A stretch of DNA of 54,500 bases from a virus (taxonomy: Duplodnaviria > Caudoviricetes), in IMG/VR virus record IMGVR_UViG_3300031450_000216, positions 1 through 54,500 of that record, one strand, 5' to 3'. Positions 10,201 through 18,954 of this stretch are shown here, piece by piece. The notes beneath the pieces are model-generated. The model saw only the letters and a list, made by a program, of their open reading frames with translations. It had not been told where the DNA came from and searched no databases. Position 1 is the first letter of the stretch; each line of letters starts with the position of its first letter. The translations under genes and the position numbers were made by a program.

Positions 10201-13200
10201 GCGAAACCATCCACGCCCGCTTTGAGGATGCCGAGCGCCTTGCCCGCCCCGGTCGCCCAGACGCCCGCATTGGCCGCGAACGTGCCATCCATCACCGCCG
10301 CACTATCGCCCAGGCTCTGCACGAGGAATTCCGTGGCGAATTTGAACGCCCCGATATTGGCCTGCGAGGGCGCGACGAAATCGATCAGCGCCCGCAAGCC
10401 GTCCGCGCCCGCCTTGACGATGGCGAGGCTCTTCCCGGCCCCCCCCGCCCAGACCCCGGCATTCGCCACGAAATCGGCGTCCATGACCGCCGCGCTGTCG
10501 CCGAGGCTGGTGACGAGGCTTTCCGTGGCGGACTTGAACGCCGCGATATTGGCCTGGGCCGGGGCGACGAACGTCACCAGCCCCGCGAGCGCGTCGAGTC
10601 CGGTCTTGACCACGCCGAGCAGCTTGCCGCTCGTGTCGGCCCAGCGCGCGGCGACCTTGGCCGACTCCTCGCTGTACATGGTCGTCGCGGCGGTCAGGTC
10701 CGCGAGCAGCGGCGTCAGCGCGGCCATGAAGCCGCCCCGTTGCGCGTCCGTGGGGGCCATCGTGGCGGGTTTGAACGCCGCCAGTCCGGTGATCGCCTCC
10801 ATGCCGCTCTTGATCGTGGTGGCGAGCGAGCCCATGATCTCGGCGGTGCGCTTCGCCCCCGCCGCCACCGTGTCGCTGATGCCCCCGCCGAGTCGGTTCA
10901 CCTCGGCGAGCGCGCCGGTCACGCCCTCGGCGAAGTTGCTGAACACCCACTGCCAATTCGGGAGGGTCTTAAAAGGCCCCTCCTTTGCCGGGGACGACGG
11001 CATATTGGCGCGCAGCGTGGCGATATTGGCCAGAGCGCCGGAAACGTCCACGTGCGCTGTGACCGTGAACGACTTCGGGACCAGCGCGATGGCGGTGGAG
11101 ACGCCCGCGATCTGCCCCGCCGACTGCGCGGTATTGACCGTCGATGACGTGGTGGTGGTGGCACTGGGCACCGCGAGCGCGGCGGCGGTGACGGCACCGA
11201 TCGACACCGCCGACCCCAACGCCCCCGGTGCGGTCACGCTTGTGGTGGCTGACTGAGGGACCGCGAGCGCGGCGGCGGCATGTGCGCCGATCTCCTGCGC
11301 CGAACCGAGCGCGCCCGGCGCGCTGACGGTGGTGGTCGCGGTTGGCGGCACCGTCGTGGCCGCCGTGGCGACTGCCGCGATGTCCGTGCCCGCCGTCGCC
11401 GCACCCGGCGCGCTCACGTTGGTCGTGACCGCCGTGGGTATCGCGGTCAGCGATGCAGCGGCCTCCGTCGCCGCACTTTTCGTCTGTTCGAGCGCTTGCA
11501 TCTGCAAGACGCCCGCCTGTGCGGTGGCGACGGTCTGGGTGGCATTCTCGCCCTGAACCGCGTTCAGATAGCCGATCAGCGGCGCGAGTTCGGCGTAACG
11601 CGCCGCCTGTTCGGCGGTGACATTCGACCCATTCTGCGTGGCGACGTTGAGCTTGTCCCATTCGCCTTGCAGGATGCTGAGATAGCCCGCCGTGTGGCTG
11701 TGCTCCTGATTGAGCCCCTGCAACGCGGTATCGTAGTTGTCCAGCATCGCTTGCGCAGTGGCGACGCTGGATGCGAACGCGCCCGCCGCGAGCCCGGTCC
11801 CGCCGAACGCGGCGGTCGTACCGGCGAGACTGCCGATGGCGCTATCCCCGGCGATCGCCACCGCACCGAGACTGACCGCGGCGGCATTGAGTCCCGCACC
11901 CATCGCCGTGCTGTTGGTGGCGATATCACCCATCGCGACCGCCGCGCCCGCCAGCCCCGCACCCACGCCGATGCTATTGGCCTGCACCGCGCCGAGATTG
12001 GCGGCGGCGCTCGCCAGTCCGCCGCCCATCGCCGTGCTGTTCGTGGCGACATCGCCCATCGCGGTCGCGGCGGTCCCGAGGCCCGCGCCCACCGGCGGGA
12101 GGGTCGCGGCGAGACTGTTGGCGGCGGAAGAGAGGCCCACGAGGGTGTTGTTGAAACCCGCGCCCTGATTGCCCGCGTTGCCGAGTTCATACCCCGACGC
12201 TTGCATCGCGGACGAGAAGGCGGGCATGACGCCCGTGGTCCCCGTGACCCCCGTGGAGAGGCGCAGCAGCCCGCCGAGTTGGGCGTCGTAGGCGTCGCCG
12301 CTTGCGCGCAAGGACGCCACGTAGGTGTCCCACTCCTGGTTCGCCGTCTGCGTGCCGCGCGTCCACTCGTCCTGCACGGCGACGAAGGACTTGAACGGGC
12401 CGATCACGTCGAGGTAGGCGCTGCCGCTGTTGGCGAGCGCCACCTGCTTCAGCGCCTCCTGCTCGGTGGCGTAGCGAGTCGAGGAGGCTACATCCTGGTT
12501 TGCCTTGCCGTACTCGCCCACGGCTTTCATGCCGAGGTAGGCGAGGGCGGCGGTCCCGGCGATCACCACGCCCGCGTCGAGCGCCGCCACGCCGACCACC
12601 TTCAGCGCGGTCGAGGTGCCGCCCGCGCTCCCCGCCAGGAGCTTGTTCGCCGCCGTCAGGCTCGTCTTCGCCGCCTCCTTCGCGGCGAAGGATTTGATCA
12701 CATCCTCGACCACGCTCTTGACCGTGCCGAGTTCGTCGCGGAACTTGACCGCCGACGCCGCCACCAGCCCGAAGGAGATGACCTGCTCTTTGCCCGCCTG
12801 ATCGAGGCCGTTGAACCACGTCACCGCCTCGCGCAGCGGCGGGCCGAGGACGTTCGCCACATCCTGACCGAGCGTGACCACCGCGCGACCCACATCGAGC
12901 GCGGCGGTCGCCCACTGTTTGGCGGAGTCCTGAAATGCGGGGTCCTTCACCTTGGCGAAGAATGCGGTCAGCGCCGTGCTGGCCGAGGTGGCGAACGAGT
13001 CGAACGCCGCCTGCGCCCGTGGGGAATCCATCACACCCTGGATGAATTTGGCCATCTCGTCGGTCGCGGTACGGATGATCGGCGTCAGCTTGCCGCCGAA
13101 CTGGATCGCGCCCGTTTCGAGGACCGCGCCGAGCTGGCTCAGGCTGCCTTTGAGGTTGTCGTTGATCGTCGCCCCGGTGATCGCCGCGTTGCCCGCGTCA

Positions 13201-14180
13201 TTGACTTTGGCGGTCCAGTCGCGGATCGCCGACCCACCACCCTCAAATAACCCGATCCCAACCCTGATAGCGTCATTGCCAAATATCGTTTTGAGCGCCA
13301 TATCTCTTTGCGCGTCGGACAAGCCGGACAGCCGATCTTTGAGCACGTCCGCGATGTCCGCCATCGGGAGCATGTGCCCCTCGGAGTCGCGCACGTTGAT
13401 GCCGAGATCGGCCATCGTCTTGGCGGCCACGTCGGTCGGCGCTTGCAGGGCGAGTAGTGCGGTTTTGAGGGACGTACCGGCGTCGGACCCTTCCATCCCG
13501 CGCTGGGCGAAAAAGGCGAGCGTGCCGGTCAGCGTCTCGATGTCGAGGCCCGCGTTCTTGGCGACTGCGGCGCTCTGATTGAACGCCTGGCCGAGTTGTC
13601 CCACGTCCGTCGCGCTCTTGTTGGCACCGGCGCTCAGGAGGTCGGCGACGTGCGCCACATCCGTCCCCGCGAGGCCGAAGATATTCATGGACTTGGTGGC
13701 GAGGCCCGCCGCGTCGGCCACGCTGATGCTGCCCGCCGAGGCGAGTAAGAGCGCGCCCTTGGTCGCGCCGCCGAGTTGATCGGAGACGGAGACGCCGCCC
13801 TTGGCTAATTCCTCCATCGCGGTCGCGGCGTCTTTCGCGCCGATCCCGGCGAGATCGGTATCCGCGCCCAACTGGATCGCCGCCGCGCCGAGTGCGGCCA
13901 TTTCCGATGAACTGGCGTTCGCCGCCGCCTTGACGCGGGACATCCCCGCCTCGAAATCGCTGGCCTTGGCGATCGCCGCACCGAGTCCCGCCACGACCGC
14001 GCCGCCCGCCACCACGCCGAATGCGGCGAACTGCGTGGCGACGCTCCCCACCGCCCCGCCGAGCTTCCCGGCATTGGACGCGAACGAGGACACACCGCTG
14101 TCGGCCTGCTTCAATCCAGAAGCGACCTTATCAGCGCCGTCCAACGATATTTTTACGCGGAGATCGGCAACGTCGGGCAT
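7239..14180 (-). CDS. Tape measure protein (TP901 family), ~2313 aa
   Basis: Very long Ala/Gly-rich ORF; DFEAGMSRVKA..EELAKGG..GSDAGTSLK..DNLKG N-terminal domain; C-terminal helical repeats. Confidence 0.95.
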   Translation of the reverse strand: MPDVADLRVKISLDGADKVASGLKQADSGVSSFASNAGKLGGAVGSVATQFAAFGVVAGGAVVAGLGAAIAKASDFEAGMSRVKAAANASSSEMAALGAAAIQLGADTDLAGIGAKDAATAMEELAKGGVSVSDQLGGATKGALLLASAGSISVADAAGLATKSMNIFGLAGTDVAHVADLLSAGANKSATDVGQLGQAFNQSAAVAKNAGLDIETLTGTLAFFAQRGMEGSDAGTSLKTALLALQAPTDVAAKTMADLGINVRDSEGHMLPMADIADVLKDRLSGLSDAQRDMALKTIFGNDAIRVGIGLFEGGGSAIRDWTAKVNDAGNAAITGATINDNLKGSLSQLGAVLETGAIQFGGKLTPIIRTATDEMAKFIQGVMDSPRAQAAFDSFATSASTALTAFFAKVKDPAFQDSAKQWATAALDVGRAVVTLGQDVANVLGPPLREAVTWFNGLDQAGKEQVISFGLVAASAVKFRDELGTVKSVVEDVIKSFAAKEAAKTSLTAANKLLAGSAGGTSTALKVVGVAALDAGVVIAGTAALAYLGMKAVGEYGKANQDVASSTRYATEQEALKQVALANSGSAYLDVIGPFKSFVAVQDEWTRGTQTANQEWDTYVASLRASGDAYDAQLGGLLRLSTGVTGTTGVMPAFSSAMQASGYELGNAGNQGAGFNNTLVGLSSAANSLAATLPPVGAGLGTAATAMGDVATNSTAMGGGLASAAANLGAVQANSIGVGAGLAGAAVAMGDIATNSTAMGAGLNAAAVSLGAVAIAGDSAIGSLAGTTAAFGGTGLAAGAFASSVATAQAMLDNYDTALQGLNQEHSHTAGYLSILQGEWDKLNVATQNGSNVTAEQAARYAELAPLIGYLNAVQGENATQTVATAQAGVLQMQALEQTKSAATEAAASLTAIPTAVTTNVSAPGAATAGTDIAAVATAATTVPPTATTTVSAPGALGSAQEIGAHAAAALAVPQSATTSVTAPGALGSAVSIGAVTAAALAVPSATTTTSSTVNTAQSAGQIAGVSTAIALVPKSFTVTAHVDVSGALANIATLRANMPSSPAKEGPFKTLPNWQWVFSNFAEGVTGALAEVNRLGGGISDTVAAGAKRTAEIMGSLATTIKSGMEAITGLAAFKPATMAPTDAQRGGFMAALTPLLADLTAATTMYSEESAKVAARWADTSGKLLGVVKTGLDALAGLVTFVAPAQANIAAFKSATESLVTSLGDSAAVMDADFVANAGVWAGGAGKSLAIVKAGADGLRALIDFVAPSQANIGAFKFATEFLVQSLGDSAAVMDGTFAANAGVWATGAGKALGILKAGVDGFAALATFVAPSQTAIGAFKFATEFLVQSIADTATAMDAKAVAAAATWSDGAGKVLAVIKVGVDGLTALAAFVAPAPAAIDAFAVAVGQIVARFAEAAQRIGTEGVAAAGAFGTSAKLAVDTIKTGLDAFKSFKDMVIPSAGAIDELVAAVSYIVGRFRDMADAMGHDALAKAQDFGRAVEGTAKSLQTAIGTFKSLTEAPFKGAMTKIMVEFNGDLDVALAMMIEAHGNAAQFETEARMYKEAMLNAATSIAAGNAALANAALPGNSLGKDMTRAGANLGDSLAQGVRETLQIKSPSQVMATIGGHVVAGLVSGMDATAQDAAKKAADVAKGIADAVTATLGAMKALGGLSLSALPSGGQVGAFVAFTGQLVTALSGAAASLTTTALDAASKYAEGASKVVALVGSGVDALGKLATVALPATTAVYALDRLIRAAVNDFAVIAEQVGAEMLTRATDFAGGAGTVAEAVGKGADALGKLATVALPANAAIYAFGKALYLIVQDFATIADTVTADMLARAAGFAEGAGKVAETVGKGVDAFTKLATYVAPLPATIYDFGKTIRIVVADFAAIAEMVGSNAATSAGQFADAAGKVVGILGNGVDGFTKLATYKGIADTLIAPFVETVRTLVAAIGQAAAQFTTEGLTLAGQFADAASKGVGILSNGVDGFTKLATYKGVGDAAIGAFVATVTTLVRGIGAASTQFTSDGLKLSGDFADAASKAVGILGAGVTGFASLATFVGPTQATIDAFLATVRYTVARFGEMATILDADGTKATAAFADAAGKALGAVGAGVTAFKDMATLVLPVPAAIDDLVNTIRYAVGQVAAAAGLVGGDTLAAATAFGTAASGVFAALKSGLDLFTALGKLDGPVTTAWLQPLVDLMGGVLTRSATLVTQAQQLRSDADIFAATLGQAFAGFTNAGAGLGGFGAGPALGSPVPLAAANGGGGGGGGTTNVYVTITGNTILSDDPATADALARLLKPRLAQVGGY

Positions 14181-14183
14181 CGC

Positions 14184-14293
14184 GCATCCACAAAAAAGAG
14201 ACACCGAACCACCCCCCGAAGGGGATGCCCGGCATCTCTGTGGATGCGCTCAAAGCACGTAGCTATGGTAGAGTACGCCACGGTTGTCGTCAA
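14184..14293 (-). promoter_or_regulatory. TMP promoter (TTGACG-N17-TACCAT) and hairpin/U-tract leader
   Basis: -35 at 14293-14288, -10 at 14270-14265; leader stem GCATCCACA..TGTGGATGC with T7 run just before ATG. Confidence 0.55.
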
Positions 14294-14313
14294 GTGGCAG
14301 AAGGAGGGGTGAA

Positions 14314-15474
14314 GTGGCGCGAAGTAATCGGCGGCGATGGTTACTCTTTGGTTGTGGCGGAGTGGTCGCGCTCTTGATCACTTGTACCACGATCCTCGCA
14401 GTGATCGGTGCTCGCAGCGGCGGAAAAGCCACTCCGACAACTGGCGGCACTACGATCGCAGGAATAGCAGCAACTGTAGTGGTATCAACCGCAACGAGTA
14501 CCGCCACGATTCAATCGACGAGCACATCGACCATCACAGCCGCTATCGCGCTACCTAACACGCCGACAACAGCACCGCCACCGGCGACAAGCACGTCGGT
14601 GCCGCCAACCTCGACAGCGAGCGCAACGATACCGCCCCCTACCAAGACAGCGATCCCCGCGACCGCGACAGCTACCACACCCCCAGCACCAACCATTGTC
14701 ATGAGTCAGCTTGTCTCTGTGATTGATGGAGCGACCATCACCGTACGACTTCCCGACAATACTAACGCCTCCGTATTGCTGATCGGCGTCGATGCCCCTG
14801 TAGCTACTGAATGTTACGGTGCGGAGTCCGCCGCTCGAACCACTGCACTCTTACAAGGCCGGACGGTAGAACTAGAAGCGGACACCCTCGATAAAGACCA
14901 AGGCGGGCGATTATTGCGCTATGTGTGGGTCTGGGGTGAGGATGGCGTCCGCCGACAAGTCAACCTTGAAATGGCCAAGGGTGGATTGGCCGCCGTGTAT
15001 AGTTCTGCCCCTAACGTGCGCTATCAGGCGGACATGACGGCGGCACAAAAGTCCGCGCAGTCGCAGAAACTCGGGCTATGGGCCGCGTGCGGAAAGGCAC
15101 ATGCGCCAATTCCGCCGACTCCGACTCCCCTAGGGCGCTGCTCCAACGCCGACGCGCAACGTCTCCTCAACGCTATTCAGCCGAAAGCGCAGGAATGGGA
15201 CGACGCGAACCAACTTGCGAGCAGCACGCCGCGCGTCGCGCTCGCCTCGCAAATCCAAAATCTCCAGCGTATACGCAGGGAGACCGCCGCGCTATCCGTG
15301 CCGACATGTGGTGGGTTCGCGAAAACGTTGCTGGTGTCGTACATGGACGCCGCACTCAACGGGTATATCGATTTCCTGGCACAGGGGTCGCAGTCCAGCA
15401 CCTACTTCGCGCAAGCCAAGACCCTGCTTGAAGCATTCAACGTTGAGATCAAGAAGGTTACAGTCGGCCCATAG
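14314..15474 (+). CDS. Membrane-anchored SNase-fold protein with Thr/Pro linker and helical C-terminal domain (moron); catalytic residues substituted
   Basis: N-terminal TM, T/P-rich linker, VIDGATI/LLIGVDAPV/GRLLRYVW/AQKSAQSQKLGLW; SD AAGGAGG before GTG 14314. Confidence 0.85.
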   Translation: MARSNRRRWLLFGCGGVVALLITCTTILAVIGARSGGKATPTTGGTTIAGIAATVVVSTATSTATIQSTSTSTITAAIALPNTPTTAPPPATSTSVPPTSTASATIPPPTKTAIPATATATTPPAPTIVMSQLVSVIDGATITVRLPDNTNASVLLIGVDAPVATECYGAESAARTTALLQGRTVELEADTLDKDQGGRLLRYVWVWGEDGVRRQVNLEMAKGGLAAVYSSAPNVRYQADMTAAQKSAQSQKLGLWAACGKAHAPIPPTPTPLGRCSNADAQRLLNAIQPKAQEWDDANQLASSTPRVALASQIQNLQRIRRETAALSVPTCGGFAKTLLVSYMDAALNGYIDFLAQGSQSSTYFAQAKTLLEAFNVEIKKVTVGP

Positions 15475-15481
15475 TTAGAAA

Positions 15482-15529
15482 AGCGAAGACGCCCCCGGCA
15501 CCGCTCTGGTGCCGGGGGCGCTGCTTCGT
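15482..15529. terminator. GC-rich hairpin terminator after moron gene
   Basis: CGCCCCCGGCACC..GGTGCCGGGGGCG inverted repeat. Confidence 0.7.
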
Positions 15530-15679
15530 TGTGGGAGATGGCGCGCTAGGCACCAACAACTCCCCGCCTTAGCGACAGGGCGGGGAGTATAGCAGTTAGC
15601 AGCGGGGGCGCTCCATCGATCGGGTATACTGCGTGGGCTCTCCCCCGACGGTCCTGGGCCACTGCTGGATCGCTCGCGC

Positions 15680-16024
15680 ATGAGGTACACTGTGAGTGAG
15701 ATGCAGCCGCCCGAGGGGCGCGGACCCGAGGCGGAACCGCCCCTGCGCGTCGAACTGGCCGACATGGCCCGTGCGCGTATCCGCTTCGTCGCCTCGGTCG
15801 CGCTCGACGTGGCGATGCTGGCGGTGATCGTCCCGATCCTGGCCGCGTTCGAGTGGTTCCGGGCGCACTTCCAACTCCACGGTCTGAACGAGTGGTTTGT
15901 GGTGGCGACGGAAGTGCTGACGACGGGCGGGACGTTCGCTACGATCGCGTTCTATGTCTCCCTCGATGTCCGCGTCGCCTATCGACGGTTCAAATCCGTC
16001 GGGCAAGGAGATCGCCGTGATTGA
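15680..16024 (+). CDS. Small 2-TM membrane protein (moron)
   Basis: Two hydrophobic segments; exact start uncertain (15680 or 15701). Confidence 0.6.
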   Translation: MRYTVSEMQPPEGRGPEAEPPLRVELADMARARIRFVASVALDVAMLAVIVPILAAFEWFRAHFQLHGLNEWFVVATEVLTTGGTFATIAFYVSLDVRVAYRRFKSVGQGDRRD

Positions 16025-16361
16025 CCGGCAAGCACACAATCGAGCGCACGACCCGCAATTGTTGCCCCTCGAACACGCGCCGCGCATGGCGTTCGTCATC
16101 TACGCCGCGCGGATCGCCTTCCTCCTGAGCGTCCTATTCCTGATCGTGTGGGGGATGGTCATCGTGTACTTGGGGGTTTCCGCTATCAGCGAGGGGCGAT
16201 GGTGGAGCGCGGCGGCGGCGGCACTCGGCGCCCTGCTCGCCTATCTCGCCGGTCGCCTGACCGGAGGCCCGCTCAACCCGCCGCGCCTCTGGACGCGCCT
16301 GGTGAACGCCGCCTGGGATCGTCCGAACTCGCCCGCCGCGCCGCACCGTCGCACCGGTTGA
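16017..16361 (+). CDS. Small 2-TM membrane protein (moron)
   Basis: SD AAGGAG then GTG overlapping previous gene end; two TM segments. Confidence 0.6.
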   Translation: MIDRQAHNRAHDPQLLPLEHAPRMAFVIYAARIAFLLSVLFLIVWGMVIVYLGVSAISEGRWWSAAAAALGALLAYLAGRLTGGPLNPPRLWTRLVNAAWDRPNSPAAPHRRTG

Positions 16362-16383
16362 TTCGTCTCGATGCCGCGCATAG

Positions 16384-16422
16384 CAGAATGCCCCCGCCTC
16401 ACGGAGAGGCGGGGGCATTCTG
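16384..16422. terminator. Perfect hairpin, probable bidirectional terminator
   Basis: CAGAATGCCCCCGCCTC-acgga-GAGGCGGGGGCATTCTG. Confidence 0.75.
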
Positions 16423-16435
16423 TTGTGTAGGAGAC

Positions 16436-16690
16436 GGGGCAGCCTACGCCGCGCGCTGCACCGCCCGCTCCCGCCACGACGCGACCCGCGTCAATACCGT
16501 CTCCCTCGACACCGCGACCGGCGCGATCTTCTGCGACTGCAAGGGCGCGGATTGCGGGCGGTCCTGTTGGCACGAAGATCATATCCTCGCGGCGTGGGAG
16601 GCGACCCCGGCGATGCTGGCGGTGCGCTGGCTGTCGGCCCGCCAACTCTACCGGGCCGGGCGAAAGGCGCGGCGGTCGGCGCGGCCACCT
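16436..16690 (+). pseudogene. Remnant of SWIM zinc-finger gene
   Basis: FCDCKGADCGRSCWH (CxC..CxH) without a plausible start. Confidence 0.45.
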
Positions 16691-16813
16691 CGCACATGCA
16701 CGACAACGAAGCCTTCACCCCCAAGGCGATCATCGACACCTGGATGCCCGTCGATGATCGCCACGTCCACTGAGCGCACACCACGGCGGCACACAACGAA
16801 GGGGGCGGGCTAA

Positions 16814-16993
16814 TTAGCCCGCCCCCGCTGCGTCCTCCTCGACCGGCGCGATGACCACCGCGCACCACTTGCCATCGGCCTTGCGGTGCGCCACCTTGAC
16901 GACCGGATGGCAGCCATCGGGGTGGGCCAACGGCTTGCGCTCGGCTTCGGGCGGTATCGGTTGCCCACAGCGCGGGCAGATCATGGTCCGCAT
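16814..16993 (-). CDS. Small zinc-ribbon protein
   Basis: CPRC..H..C; SD GGAGG before ATG. Confidence 0.55.
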   Translation of the reverse strand: MRTMICPRCGQPIPPEAERKPLAHPDGCHPVVKVAHRKADGKWCAVVIAPVEEDAAGAG

Positions 16994-17004
16994 TGTGGCA
17001 CCTC

Positions 17005-17522
17005 CTACCGCTGCCGATGCAGCTTGTCCCGATCCTGCTGCGCCAATGACTCGGCATTTTCCAGCGCGACCGCCTGCGCGGCCCACCAGCGTCCATCATC
17101 CCGCTCGATGAGCGCCCAGACCGGCACACCGAGATACTTGGCGGCGCGGACCCACGGGTACGTCTCGGGGACCGCGCCCATCGCCCCCTGCGTCGCTAAA
17201 TAGCGCCGGAGGTCACGTTCGGCAGCGTAGGGTTTCGCAGGTCGTTGAGGACCGCGTAGAAGAGCGCCAGTTGCAGATCGGTCGGCAACTGTTCCAGCGT
17301 GTCCAGGTCGATCGGGGCAGGCTTGCCGCCGCTGGTAATGTTCCAGTCGAGCGCCACGCGCAGCACGAGCGCCTTCATGGTGTCCTGCGTCCAGTCCTCG
17401 CCGCCCTTGACTTCCTTCTCGATGCGCTCCGAGTAGGGGCGATACGCGATCTCGATCTTGGTGCCGTGCCAGTCGAACTCGACCGGCACGCGCATACTGA
17501 TAATCTGCGCCAGGTCCGCCAT
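17005..17522 (-). CDS. Tail assembly chaperone long form (gpGT) via -1 frameshift
   Basis: Slippery A-AAC-CCT at 17235-17229 joins gpG frame to KPYAAERDLRRYL..RAAKYLGVPVW frame. Confidence 0.75.
17196..17522 (-). CDS. Tail assembly chaperone (gpG)
   Basis: Directly after tail tube gene; VALDWNIT motif. Confidence 0.8.
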   Translation of the reverse strand: MADLAQIISMRVPVEFDWHGTKIEIAYRPYSERIEKEVKGGEDWTQDTMKALVLRVALDWNITSGGKPAPIDLDTLEQLPTDLQLALFYAVLNDLRNPTLPNVTSGAI

Positions 17523-17588
17523 GTCCGTCCCTCTCCGTCTCCGCTATCCGCTGCGGCGGGCAGCGCCGTGCCGCCCGCCGCGCGTCGC

Positions 17589-18572
17589 TTACAGTGTCGC
17601 CAATGAGTTGATCAGCGTCGTTTGCAGCGCCTTGCCCCAGCCGCCGTCGTGGACGATGGTGAAGGGGATGTCGACTGCGTACGTTCCCCCCGCGTCGTCG
17701 AATTTGTTCCAGGCGTCGAACTTGATCGCGAGATCGAACTTGGCCGAGTAGGTCGCCGGGCCCGCGCCGATGGCCTGCGTGGAGAGCACCTCGATCCGCA
17801 GGAAGCGCGTCGCGCCCGCCCGCAGGACCGCGAGCAGACCCATCCCCGCCGCGTCGGCCTCGACCATCAGGTGTCCCTTGGCCTTCGGCTCGGTCTCGAC
17901 GCGCGCGGCGTAGCCAGTCACGGCGCTGTTGAGCGTCCACAGCGGCCCGTACTTGTCGCTGAGGCTGAACCCGACCTTCAAGGCGCGCAGGAACTTGGTG
18001 GTGCCCAGCGCGGCGCTGGTGGGGTCGAGGTAGACGTTGACCTGCGCGGGGAGCATCGGCACCAGCGGGATCGCGGACGGCGCGGCGGTGAGGGTCGCGC
18101 CGTCCGTGAAGCCGGTGCCAACCATCTTGCCCTTGAGGTCGATCGCGTCGCGCGTGAACTCCATGTCGAGCGTCGAGACGACGCCGCCCGTGAAGCGGTG
18201 GGCGCGCACCACCGACCCCTGCTCCACGGTGAACGACACGGCGGCGTCCTGGGCGGTGCTGTTGGGCGTGAAGACGTGCTGCTGCCCGGTTACGCCGCTC
18301 ACGGTGTCCACGGACGCCCCGAGCAAGCTGGAGAGCGGGTACTGGATCTCGTCGAACACCGCCTGACCGGACAGGTCGGCCTCGACCCACTCCTTGCCGG
18401 GGATGATCAGCGTGCGGTATTTGTTGCCCATCGGGCGGAAGTCGGCGGTCTGGGCGTTGAGGTGCGGCGCGATCGACAACGCCTGCAAGAGTTTGTTGCA
18501 TGGAACCGCCGTGGATTCCACCGACTCGACGCCGATCTGCACGACCTGGGAAATTGTGCTGCGCTCTGGCAT
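17589..18572 (-). CDS. Major tail (tube) protein
   Basis: VQIGVES..SFTVEQG motifs, size and position. Confidence 0.85.
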   Translation of the reverse strand: MPERSTISQVVQIGVESVESTAVPCNKLLQALSIAPHLNAQTADFRPMGNKYRTLIIPGKEWVEADLSGQAVFDEIQYPLSSLLGASVDTVSGVTGQQHVFTPNSTAQDAAVSFTVEQGSVVRAHRFTGGVVSTLDMEFTRDAIDLKGKMVGTGFTDGATLTAAPSAIPLVPMLPAQVNVYLDPTSAALGTTKFLRALKVGFSLSDKYGPLWTLNSAVTGYAARVETEPKAKGHLMVEADAAGMGLLAVLRAGATRFLRIEVLSTQAIGAGPATYSAKFDLAIKFDAWNKFDDAGGTYAVDIPFTIVHDGGWGKALQTTLINSLATL

Positions 18573-18658
18573 GACTCGATGCTCCTTTGCTTACAAAGGG
18601 CACCCGCCACACGAGGGAGCAAGCTCCGGGCACTGGCCACACTGATTTGTGGGTGTCG

Positions 18659-18862
18659 TCAGCAGGTGATCGTGACCCGCTGATTGCAGTAGCGACACGT
18701 CATCACGAGCGTGCCCGCCAGGTCTTCTGCGAGCTTCTTGCGGCACTTCGGGTTCGGGCAGCGCACGCCATCCCGGCCAGCCGTCCCGACAACACGAAGC
18801 CCCGCCCGCTCCCCGGTATCCGGGGCACGCGGCAGGGCAGGGTTGGCAGACTGGTCGCGCAT
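18659..18862 (-). CDS. Com-family zinc-ribbon protein (Mu Com-like)
   Basis: VRCPNPKCRKKLAE..G.LVMTCRYC; SD AAGGAG. Confidence 0.65.
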   Translation of the reverse strand: MRDQSANPALPRAPDTGERAGLRVVGTAGRDGVRCPNPKCRKKLAEDLAGTLVMTCRYCNQRVTITC

Positions 18863-18954
18863 GGCGCACGCTCCTTCGCTTGTGGTCATCCCGGCCCCCG
18901 TCAGCCCCTTCGTGTCGCACTGACACAACCGGGCGGGTTGCCCCTCAACGATCC

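Noticed and set aside
7300-10700. Internal repeats in the tape measure gene as a DNA repeat array or DGR
   Set aside because: They are protein-level helical repeats typical of TMPs; no reverse transcriptase or adenine-specific variation seen
5798-13250. Long + strand and alternative-frame ORFs (e.g. 5798-7459, 9525-11147, 11280-13250)
   Set aside because: Arg/Gly/Pro-rich shadow ORFs of high-GC coding sequence with no motifs or SD
18600-18655. Additional TIGR-like unit upstream of the tail tube gene
   Set aside because: Spacing is CCA-N8-TG-N3-CCA with no terminal TG or closing stem
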